The position numbers and the translations under genes are program-made. Shown in pieces: positions 50,360 through 61,040 of a DNA stretch of 64,000 bases. How positions within the stretch are numbered: the first letter of the stretch is position 1; every line of letters begins with the position of its first letter. The notes beneath the pieces were generated by a model. That model had not been told where the DNA came from. It saw only the letters and a program-made list of their open reading frames with translations, and made no database searches. The DNA is from Chiloscyllium plagiosum (taxonomy: Eukaryota), in contig NC_057711.1 of assembly GCF_004010195.1 (NCBI RefSeq), forward strand, positions 69,990,632 to 70,054,631, read 5' to 3'.

Positions 50360-50900
50360 AAGGTTTCAGCAGCAGATGAGCTGAGGCAAGGGCTGCCTCA
50401 AATGACTTTACAGAAGTGGAAATTAGCAATAGTGGTGGTGTGGATGTGCAACTGGTAGTTTATCTTGGGGCCAAGTATGATACCAAGATTGCAAGCCATC
50501 TGATTAAAAAGTTGCTATGAAGAGAGATGTAGTCAGTAGCTAAGAATGATAGCTTGGAATAGATACTGAAAACAAAAGCGTCAGTCTTCCTAAAAGTTAA
50601 TCAAAAGAAATTTCTACTGATCCAGTATTGGATGTCAGATAAGTAGTTTGCTAATTTAGCAATAGTGAAAGATTTGCGAGAGATATTTTCAGATAATATC
50701 ACTAGCAGGTTGATGAGAAATAGGAAGAACCAAAGATCAATCCTTTGGAATCACTGAAGGTACTGCAATGGGAACAGGAAAAGTAACCTTTGCAGGTGAG
50801 TCTTTCTGCTATTAGATAATTTAAAATGGAAATGAGTGAGTGCAGTCCCATCCAATTGGACAATGGTGGAAGAGGATGGTGTTTGTCAATCAGGTAAATG
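50360..50900 (-). mobile_element. Highly degenerate L2/CR1-type reverse transcriptase fragment
   Basis: gatgagaaataggaagaaccaaagatcaatcctttgg is the reverse complement of a PQGSILGPLLFLI-like segment. Confidence 0.45.
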
Positions 50901-52224
50901 GCTTCACATGAGAAAGATAAGGGTCATTTACTTTCATCAGTCAAATAGGATTGTTATTAAAATATTCTAAATGTGACTGCAATGGATTAAGATACCTTCA
51001 CTATGAGGGTGGTAGAAACATTTGTATTATTGTCACTGAGTACAGTCTAGAAATTCCAGCCATTAATTCAAGAAATGCCATGGACTTGATTTTCCACTCA
51101 TCTGCTGTTACCATGACACAAACCCAAATGCCCTGGGCTATTAAAATCCGGCTGTAGTGTGAGAATCAGAAAGATTGCAGGTTCAGTCCTAGTTTGTATC
51201 GAGTGAACACATCTCATCAGAGTTTTCCAGTGCTGATTCTTGTCATGTTCTGATGTTCTATATCATTGAAAGATCTGCATTCATAAAATCAGATGATGAT
51301 TGCAGATGAAAATAACCATTCTACTTTCTTTTATTTTTCCTTTCAAATAAGCCTGAAAATTCTCGTTATTGCAGTATTCCATTATTTCTGATAATGTCCT
51401 AAAATCTTTGCCCCTATTATTCTATCCAGATATCCATTCAATGTATTGATTACTTTTTGAGTGAAGAATTTCCTGATATTGGATTTAATGGACTTCTGAA
51501 AGAGCATGAATCAACTTCCCTTTTCCAACTCTCACAATTTATTTCATAGTTGGCTTCCAGATTTTCCTTTTGTGTACCAATAATTGAGCTGCATGTCAGA
51601 TGCTATCTTTCAAAGCTGAAAAGCACATGGGTCTGATATTATTGGGATGGGGACTGTGAAAATTTGAAAAACCATTTGCAAGGAACTTGGAATTTGGAGC
51701 AGAGCTGGGCAATTCTGCACAAGATGGATTCTGTCAAAAATTCCAGCTGAGTTCAGACCTTCATCAGCCTTGCTGCTGTTCTCTGTACTGCTTCCATTAC
51801 TGGACCTAATCGCTAATCCTGTTTTTTTGATCAAATTATATGTAGCAAAGAATATTGTGTAACATAGGCATTGTACAAATAGGATTACTAATGGGCAAAT
51901 GTGGGTAAGACCACAGTCTGGAGCAGATTACAAACACGCAATGAATGAAAATGTTTTGAAGTGCCAATCAAAATGCTAAGAGTGAGAGTTAGTAGCGTGC
52001 AGGCTCAAATTGAATGCACTGAGAAATGTTAGCATGTGGAGAAACTGACATTTTCTCATGCTTTTCTGCATTTAACATGGCTGCATTTGGTAGTGAGTGG
52101 GAAACACATGACCTGTTAGCCAGCCAATCTGTACATGGCAGTATGCTATCCCTTACACGATGAACTTTTATTTTTCACAATAGCCTTTGATATGATACTT
52201 TATCAAATGCTTAGTGGGAATCCA

Positions 52225-52340
52225 ACTACGTGAGTTCTATGAGGAATCATCGGACTTAATACATTGAATCTGCTCTCTCTCCACAGATCCTGCCATTCCT
52301 ACTGAGTTTCTCCAGCAATTTCTGTTTCAGATCTCCAGCA
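52225..52340 (+). mobile_element. Degenerate PLE-derived short element
   Basis: ctctctctccacagatcctgcc.ttcctactgagtttctccagcaatttctgtttcagatctccagcat; same family as the 33141 and 58895 elements. A similar remnant lies at 48630-48730. Confidence 0.55.
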
Positions 52341-52785
52341 TTTGATGTTCTTTGTTTTATGATGTTGGTATGAAAGTAAGTCGTGAAGATGATATAAGAA
52401 AGTTGTAAAGGGACATAGATAGATTAAATGAGTGAGAAAATATTTGGAATAATGCTGCAAAAATATGAAAATATCCATTTTAACTTGAATAAAAAAAGGA
52501 ATATTGTCTACACGGTGAGAGATTGCAGAGTAATAACATTAACTGTGATCTTAGTGAACAGTAAAACAAGCTTGTGGAGCTGAGTGGCATGTTTCTGATC
52601 CTAATTAATATGTTTGTACGTTTCCAAAGCCTTCAGAACATGATAGATTTCCATCTATTATACAACAAAACATATTTTTTTTTCTGTTTTTCGTAAAATT
52701 ATTTTTCTTCCTCATTTTTGCCAATGAATTGCCTGAAATATAGATTGAGAGTCCTGATTCTGTGCCAGTGCCATTCTACTCGTGA

Positions 52786-52878
52786 TTTCACCTGATGAAG
52801 GAGCAGCTCTATGAAAGCTTGTGATTTTAAATAAATCTGTTGGACTATAATCTGGTGTTGTGTGACTTCTGACTTTCT
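52786..52878 (+). mobile_element. PLE-derived fragment (AGCU family) with hammerhead motif, damaged stem II
   Basis: CAC-CTGATGA-A-GGAGCAGCTCTAT-GAAA-GC-TT-GTG followed by ctgttggactataatctggtgttgtgtgac, matching 43982-44010. Confidence 0.75.
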
Positions 52879-55059
52879 GCAACTGGATGTTGGGGGATAT
52901 GCAACATGACAATGACTTACAACTTTCCACAGGGATACTTCCACTCATGCTCTTAGTTAATGACAATGCTATGTAGATAATTATAGGTGCAGTTCTGTAA
53001 TTTGCCTTTTCAGAACACTGCACGTAGCTCCAGTAATGTAGTCTGTTAACATGCTGATAGTCATCTTAAAGTATAAGCTTCTAAGCTGACAATGATGATG
53101 GTACGCCATGTCTTTAAAGTAGTTGTTGGTGTTGAAATAGTTGTACTTGTTATATTATGTTTTTGTTTCAGTTTTTAAATTTAGAAAACTCTCTGTTATT
53201 TGGGCCAGTGTGCAAAGTAAAACATGTAAACAGATTTAAAGCATTTTGATACAATATTACAGTATTGTATGAAGTATTTGTGTTTAGCAGGCATCAATTT
53301 TCAGAAGTTCACAGAAGTACTGCGAACTATGTCATATCATCTCAACTGTACTCTGCCCAAACACCAGGTTCTTGGCTCATTATCTGCAGATGCTTCAGCC
53401 TATACTATTTTCTTGGCAGTTTTGGTTTGCCATTGCCTTCCACTCTCAGGGACAGAACAAGGAGGCAAGTCCCAATTATACCTCAACTGAGATGGAAATC
53501 AAAACTGTACTGTTCGCAATATTCTGAATCACACACTGACTATCCAACTAATTGACCTAAGTGGCCTTCCAAAATAAAGTATTTTTAGGTACAGCAGGAA
53601 ATAAAGTTATTTTTGTTGTGTAATTTTACTTACTTATTTTTAAGTTTTCGTAAAAATTGGATGTTAAATAGACATCAACGGAATGGGAGTACACAATGTC
53701 ATAAGTGTGTGTATAGCTTCCTGATTGTGTTCTCAGCTAAGTTCCACCCCAATGTTAATCTAGCTACTGGATGTTCAAATTGGAGTGTAGAGAACAGGGT
53801 CAAAGCATTTAAATGCATGTCTTACTGATGGCTATTCTGAAGAGCATGAGAGAATGAAGAAACATTCTTAGCGAGTGGGAAAGACAATTTAAGTAGAAAG
53901 AGAGGGTACATGATATGTTGAACAATCCAGAGAGAGGTCAACAATCCTTGGAGGCTTAAAAGAAAGAATCTACTTTTAAGAAATCTTCACTGTGCAATTT
54001 GCAGGTATGATTTCCAAGTACTTTGTAGTGCTATGTATGGGTATGAGTAATAATTATCTTATAGGGTGGAAATGTCTTTTCAAGGAGGTTGCAGATGTCA
54101 GCCATATTGTCCAAGTAATTTCTTACAATAGTATTGTTAATCCAAATTTATGTGGTAAGATTTGGAAATGAAGAACAAACAAGGGGTGATGAGGATAGTT
54201 CTGAACTATTGTGAAGTGCCAGAAAGACAGATCTACTTCCTGAAAAAGATTAACTCTTACACTAAATATTGCAAATGTACATGATGATTTCATGGTCACA
54301 TGACAATATGGAGGATCTGAGAAAGTAGCAGCAGCTCAGACCTCAAGCTTAGCTGGGAGAAATATCATTGATAGTATGCAAATAAAGGTTACCTTGAAAA
54401 CATCACTGCTTCTTGCTAATTCTCTTACATGGAGTATTGCATCCTAATGCCTTCTGAGAGACAGGCTGATAACAACAAATTTAATAGCAGCTCATCTTGG
54501 AAACGGTTAGAATTGACAGAAGTATTCACTTTGCGTTTCCAGCTTTCGCTAATATTTCATGTTTAAGATTACTGGGTACAGAAATCTATCAGCATTTACA
54601 GTAGTGTAACCTTGCTTCTCTCGACAAATTTGTACCTCAAGATGTACATGTAGTTGTTTTTCAATTGTTGAGGCTATGCCAGAATCGGCATTGTCATGAT
54701 TTGTTACATACAAATCCCACATTGGCAGAGGGCTGAGGGCTGCTGATAATTGTACAGCCAGTAGCATGTTTGCTTTGTATTAAGATAATCAGATACATTC
54801 ACCAGGACAATAGTTTTCACTTTGTCAGGATAAATTAACATTCAAGCTATGAACCACAATATAACATGCACCATCGTGGAATCCTCTGTTCTGGGTTAGA
54901 TGTCCGACAATGGAACTGAAATGGGCTTCACCTTTGTTCATGGGTGAGTTTGCTTGTGCTAGTACATGATGGTCCGTTACTTAGATTACAAGGAAAAGAG
55001 GAGTGTTCTGAATCTCATGGCAGCTTAGGAAAGATGTCAATGCTTACATCATTACTAAT

Positions 55060-55295
55060 GGGTCAAAGGTTCAGGCGATGCATACAGTTCAGTGATGCCT
55101 CGCTTCAGGTTCTCCTCCAGGACATCCAGGAAAGGCAGGAGATCCTCCAGAGATGACAGCACAAAACATTTCCTTCTGACCAAGGTGGACAGGACAGAGA
55201 TCTCAGCAAGGGTTAATGCTACATGAGACAATTACAGAACGTGGCTGCAGAGCAGCAAGAGGATGAATGATCCTTTGTACTCTACAAGGGTAAGT
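55060..55295 (+). pseudogene. Myb/SANT-like (Myb_DNA-bind_5-type) remnant, probably ORF2 of a PIF/Harbinger transposon
   Basis: QFSDASLQVLLQDIQERQEIL, then after a frameshift EISARVNAT*DNYRTWLQSSKRMND followed by G|GTAAGT. Fits the recalled pattern F(S/T)..L..L...W..I...VNA....RT..Q..K...D. Confidence 0.6.
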
Positions 55296-56121
55296 GGCAT
55301 CATCTGGCACCAAAACATAATACTAGATTGACATCAAGCAGTGCACATGTGTGAGTGCAGAGGGCTGTCAGTCAGGAGTTTGGTTTGCAGACCTCACTAT
55401 TAAGTAGAATAATTGGATTGAATGTGGAAACCATGTCAAGATTTGAAAGCTGTGTCAGTTGTAGGACACTATAGATTTCTATCATTGAGGAGCACTCAGG
55501 AATCTGCTAGGTATGCATTCTCATAAACTAGTTATATATCCACTGGGATGATACTCAAATCATTCTGTCTGTCCATCTGCAGGAGAAGAATGCTGACAAT
55601 TGGAGGGAGTTGAATAAAACCTGGGAATGTGTCCCTGACATAGGAATCCTTGCTCACTTTGAAGGAGATTGTGGAAATTCCTGTGGATGATGAAGGTGGA
55701 GTCCAGGAGGATGCCTTCTTTCTGTTGCTGAACAATAGTCACCCAGGACCAATGCCTGAAATGTTGTTGAGAAAAGGAATAGTGCCTTTAGCTCATTCTT
55801 TTTGTTCTCCACTGCAAGGCAAGGTTGAAAAGACTGTCTTTATTCACCTTCACCTCTGGTTCCAGCTCCACTTTGAGTACCATTGCTGGGGATGATGACT
55901 CAGATCAAGCATTCAGTTGTATCCCCTCCCTGTGCACAGACATTCACCTCGTGTGCACATTTTAGATTAGACTCAAGGTTAGCACAATCTGGTAGCACAT
56001 CACAAACTAATTTCCACAGCTGAGGATGATGTGAGAGCCAAGGTCCTGGGTACTTGGAGGACTGCTGGAGAGTAGGTTTCAACTGAGCCTCATGCAGAGG
56101 ATGAGCCTGTCCATTTGGCCA

Positions 56122-56882
56122 TAAGATCATAAGACCATAAGACATAGGAGCAGAAGTCATTCAGCCCATCGAGTCTGCTCCACCATTCAATCATAGTTAG
56201 AGAAAGAAAAACGGCAGATGCTGCAATCCAAGGTAGTCAAGCAGGAGGTTGGAAGAACATAGCAAGCTAGGCAGCATCAGAAGGTGGAGAAGTTAACGTT
56301 TTGGGTGGAAAGGTTACACCTGAAACATCAACTTCTCCACCGCCATTCAATCATGGCTAATAAGTTTCTCAACCCCACACTCTCACTTTCTCACCGTAAC
56401 CCTTGATCCCCTTGACAATCAAGAACTACCTATCGCAGTCTTAAATATACTCAATGACCTGGCCTCCACAACTTTCTGTGGCATTGAATTCCATAGATTC
56501 ACCGCTCTCTGGCTGAAGAGGTTTCTCCTTATATCTGTTCTAAAAGGTCTTCCCTTTACTCTAAGGCTATACCCTCAGGCCTTAGTCTCTCCAACCAATG
56601 GAAACATCCTCCCAACATCCACTCACCCAGGCCATTCAGAATTCCGTAAGTTTCAATTAGATCTCCCTCATCCTTCTAAGCTCTATGGAGTATAGACCTA
56701 GAGTCCTCAAACATTCCTCATATGTTAAGCATTTCATTCCTGGGAACCTCCTCTGAACATGCTCTAGGGCCAGTACATCCGTCCTGTGAAATGGGGCCCC
56801 AAACTGCACACAATACTCCAAATGTGGTCTGACTAGAGCCTTATAGAGCCTCAGAAGTATATCCCTGCTTTTATATTCAAAA
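56122..56882 (-). mobile_element. CR1 LINE 3' region on minus strand
   Basis: Minus-strand EYKSRDILLRLYKALVRPHLEYCVQFGAP...LGLYSIELRRMR; tail cataagatcataagaccataagacataggagcagaag. Confidence 0.88.
56200..56342. mobile_element. PLE-derived partial fold-back element inserted in the CR1 tail, with target-site duplication
   Basis: ggtggagaagttaacgttttgggtg pairs with cacctgaaacatcaacttctccacc. ccattcaatcat occurs at 56183-56194 and 56343-56354. Confidence 0.72.
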
Positions 56883-57905
56883 TAGAGATGCAGAGACAGG
56901 CATGGGAACATCACGTAGAGATACCAGAGACCACCTGCAAACTTGAATGAAGGCTGGAGGAGTCCATGCATGATATGGTTTGACATCTGAGAACTTGGCT
57001 TTCTCCATGGAAACACAATGGAGTGTCTGATGTGGCAGAGTATTCAGTGGCTGCTGGATACGTATTCAGATTTTCATACATTGTGCCAAGCGCAGGGAAT
57101 TGCAATGCTGCAGTGGCTGGACAAGAAGGGTGTCAGGCATCACAGTCTCTCTCCAGGTGCCTCCTCATTTCAGATGGTTTCACTGGTCACCAATAGGAGG
57201 AGGATCTGCAGCCAGGCACCCAGGATCTTCATACCAGCACTCTCCAAAAGTAGCCTGCTGCTAAACCTCCCCTGTGCCAATTAGCCTATCGCCTCAGTAA
57301 GTTTGGTTGGCTCCCTCCGGGCTTTGGACCACCAGAGGATGGTGCCATGGTCATCTCAGGCAACAGGGCACACCAGTCAGCAGGATTCTCCACCTCAACT
57401 GTGGATGCCAATAAGGAATGGTTAAGAAATTGTAAAGACATAAAGGTGGCATGCACATTGTGTTTCTTAGTTGTGAACACGTGTTTGTTTTCATTCCAAT
57501 GATCTATGTTGTGTTTTCACTGTGCTGTTATAGTACAAGTGGAGCATTTTTTAAGAGCAGCATTCAAAATCAATCTTCGATATAACAATTTTTGTATCAT
57601 ATCACCAGTAATGGCATCTCTGAGATCATGAAGGATTGAAACCTGGCATCGTTTGTAAAGTTGTGACTTTGGAATGCATCTGGCAATCCATTGGGTTGAT
57701 TTCACCCAATTCTCACGCCAGTCAAGTCTGAACAGCTAGGTCATCACATGTCTCACTTTTTTCTGCATGAGAGCATTCAGTGCATTTTTCCCCATTTGGA
57801 GAATGAGTCAGTGAGATGTCAGTTTATCTCTGCCACATGAAAATTGCATGTGGCTTCCAATGTTGCATGCATATGGGCTCATGCATACAAAGAACCTGCA
57901 GCATG

Positions 57906-58225
57906 TGGGTGGCACAGTGGCACACTAGTTTGCACTGCTGCCTCACAGCGCCAGAGACCCAGGTTCAATTCCCACCTCAGGCGACTGACTATGTGGAGTT
58001 TGCACGTTCTCCCCGTGTGTGCGTGGGTTTCCTCCGGGTGCTCCGGTTTCCTCCCACAGTCCAAAGATGTGCAGATCAGGTGAATTGGCCTTGCTAAATT
58101 GCCCATAGTGTTAGGTAAGGGGTAAATGTAGGGGTATGGGTGGGTTGCGCTTCGGCGGGTCGGTGTGGACATGTTGGGTCAAAGGGCCAGTTTCCACACT
58201 GTAATGTAATCTAATCTAATCTAAT
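57906..58225 (+). mobile_element. Full-length HE1-type V-SINE
   Basis: tgggtggcacagtggcac...ccaggttcaattccc...V-domain...tttccacactgtaatgtaatctaatctaatctaat. Confidence 0.92.
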
Positions 58226-58894
58226 GGCTCCTCCCAGGTTCCAATGGCCTCAGGGATATGCAATATTATGCAGGTAGTGTTATGCTCTTGCTGGCACTGA
58301 CAAGTGAGATGTGTTTCATCTCAAATTGGCCGATACAAAGGATCACAATATCAATGGTTTTAACATGAAATTGTAAAATCTAATGCAGCCACCAGAATAT
58401 GAGCAATTCAATGAAATAAAAGCATCTGCATCCATATGTGCTCTTCTAACAATCATTCTGAACCTGTGGCTATCTGACAACAAAGTGCTCTGCTTAATCC
58501 AGTATTCTCCATAAGTTCTGCTCTGAGTACTTGTGATGTTTCACCTCCCATGCTAACCCTTTCTCATCCTTCAGCCTTCAGAAGCTACTTTTCAGTGCAG
58601 CTTTACATCTGGATCCCAACATTGCTGGCATCTCACTGCAAAGGGATTGCATGGGTCAGGTATCAATGCTACTATGTTTGGAAGGTGACCATGGAGAAGA
58701 GGATATACTTAAGCATCGTTCTCATGCTGCTGACTTGTGACCATTGTGGTCTCCCTTTTTTTTGGCAAGTTGAACTCATCTTGAACTCCACCACCTGGAA
58801 AGGCCACTTTTCTCAGTATTCTTGTTCTTTCTGTGTTCTTGTTCTCTCTGGATTCCTGGAATCTCTGTGTTCCTGGTTTCTCTAGATTCCTATT

Positions 58895-59115
58895 CTGCGG
58901 ATGCTACAAATCTAAAATAAAAACCGGACATATGGGCTTCCAAAGAAGAGTCATATTGGACTTGAAGTGTTAACTTTGTTGCTTTCTCCAAATTGTTAAC
59001 TCTGCTTCTGTCTCCAAATTACTAACTCTATTGTTCTCTCCACTGATGCTGTCAGGTCAGCTGAGCTCTTCCAGCACTTGCTGCTTTTATTTCAGATTCC
59101 CAGCATTTTTATTAT
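58895..59115 (+). mobile_element. Degenerate PLE-derived element with hammerhead remnant
   Basis: ttccaaagaagagtcatattggacttgaagtgttaac (stem II GAGTC/GACTT), then ctctccactgatgctgtcagg.cagctgag..cttccagcac; terminal cggatgct.../...cagcat inversion. Confidence 0.6.
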
Positions 59116-60529
59116 GTAAAGATCTCCCTCTCAATTCAAGAGATTGAGTTTTCACAGTGGCTCTGTTGAGATGGAAACCTGGGTGTGTATCACCTTTCAA
59201 AATCATTCCACCATCTTCGAAACGCTCCCTGTCATCCATTAAGTTTCATCAGGATGAGCACAAAATTCAGTCCATGCTGCATGAAAAGTTATGCTCATCC
59301 CTTGTTGCTTTTTCTTTGCAGAAAGACTATATGGCTAGAACAAGCAAGCTGTCATTAGAGAAACATCACACACACTTATTTATCTGTACATTATTTACAT
59401 CATTGAGCAACCTTCTTATTTAATTGCATTAAATGATGCAAAGCAATCTGAATCGAGTTGTGGATTATAGTAAGTAGTTTTAGTGATGTTGTGCATCAGC
59501 AGTTGCCTGCTCTACAGACTGCCTTTGACTAGCATGAAACATCAATGGCATTTAGAGGGATGGTTCCAGTCCAATATGACTATTCTTTGGAACCCAATTC
59601 TCCTGCATTTTCTGTTTTTGTTTCAGATTTCTAGATGCACAAACCAATAGCGAAGATGAAGTAACATCTAGAATATTGCTGTATGATTTTGAGATGTTGA
59701 AGTCTATAGTTCATGTCACAAGAAAGACTGGGACAACTTTAAGGTGAGAGTTAGAGATCTCTATCAATAGAAATCAGCAGCAGCACCAGTCAAGGCTAGA
59801 TGTCCAGCAGGCGATTTCTGTGCAGGAACATGGCCCTTAAATTCCTGCCCTCAGAAACACTTATCTCCTAGACAGCTACTGAAGAGCCATCCTAAAACAA
59901 GCAAGTCCCACAGGCAAGGATGCTTAGGTTTGCAATATATAAGAGGTGGGTAGTGAACAAAATAACATATTGGTCCTTAGAAAACCTGACACACTTTCCC
60001 TATCCTTAATACTTTCAATAGAATATTACTCAGAGCTGATATCAGAGTAGGAAAACAGTACATCATGATTTGTCACATTTGACTGTAAACCTGTAATGCA
60101 ACATCATCTCTCTTTCCACAGAAAGGAGCTGTGCTCAGAAGAGAGGGCAATCAAGAAGAGGGCCAGCACATTTTTGGCAAGAGAACAGTAGTTTGTTTTG
60201 GAGGAATTTCAACTCAGAATGGGACAGCTTGTAAACATTATTGGCATTGTCTCCTTCCTCCACAGGGAAATCTTCAAAATGGGTAAAGTCATAAACCCTC
60301 TGGCTGAGGGTACCTGACACCTGGAGAAGGTGGACATATGATTTTCCTTAACTGACATTCTGCAGGTTACCACTGAATTACTGGAAAGATCCACATATAA
60401 AATGAGGGCTGCAACAATTTTCATTTTCACAAATAGATTATCTGGAGCTTATTTTATCCTTCAGATCTTACAAACTTATGATCAGGGTAGGCTGTACAAA
60501 TATTCTGCCATTTTATTTGACCCTGAACC

Positions 60530-61040
60530 TGAATTCCATCTATCTGCCTTTAACCTGTGATACCCTAAGTTAATGATGATCTGTGATCTGAGGCTTGAAA
60601 ATTTCAATTGAACCAAATGTCAATTGGGAGGGTGATACAAAATTTCTCCTCACCTTTGTGTGAAAATTTATTTCCTGAATTAGCTTCTGAGTGACCAAGC
60701 TGTAATGTTTAGATTGTGCTTCCTTGAGCTAGATTCCTCCACTGGCGGCAATAGTTTTTGTCTCCACCATATCAAATCCCTTTATCATTTTAAACATTTT
60801 GATTACGTCAACCTTCTAAACCCAAAGATATACAAATCACCTTTATGCAACCTGTCATCAGATTTTAGCCCTTTAAGCCTTTGTATCATTTTGGTCAATC
60901 TTTGGCAGATTTTCTCTAATGAATAATAATTCTTCCTAAATCATGGTACCCAAACCTGGACACAATACTCCGCACAGGGACCCACCAAAACTCTGTACTA
61001 TGGGAGTATTACTTCCTCACATTGATGTTCCATAATATTT
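60530..61040 (-). mobile_element. Degenerate CR1 LINE 3' fragment
   Basis: ggtacccaaacctggacacaatactcc is the reverse complement of an EYCVQVWVP-like segment; agattcctccactggcggcaatagttt. Confidence 0.6.

Noticed and set aside
58969..59042. Three short gttaact...ctcc repeats
   Set aside because: Local slippage duplication inside a decayed element.
60460..60490. Possible next PRDM6 exon (cag...tatgatcagg, YDQ-like)
   Set aside because: Surrounding translation does not match the expected PR/SET sequence and hits a stop.
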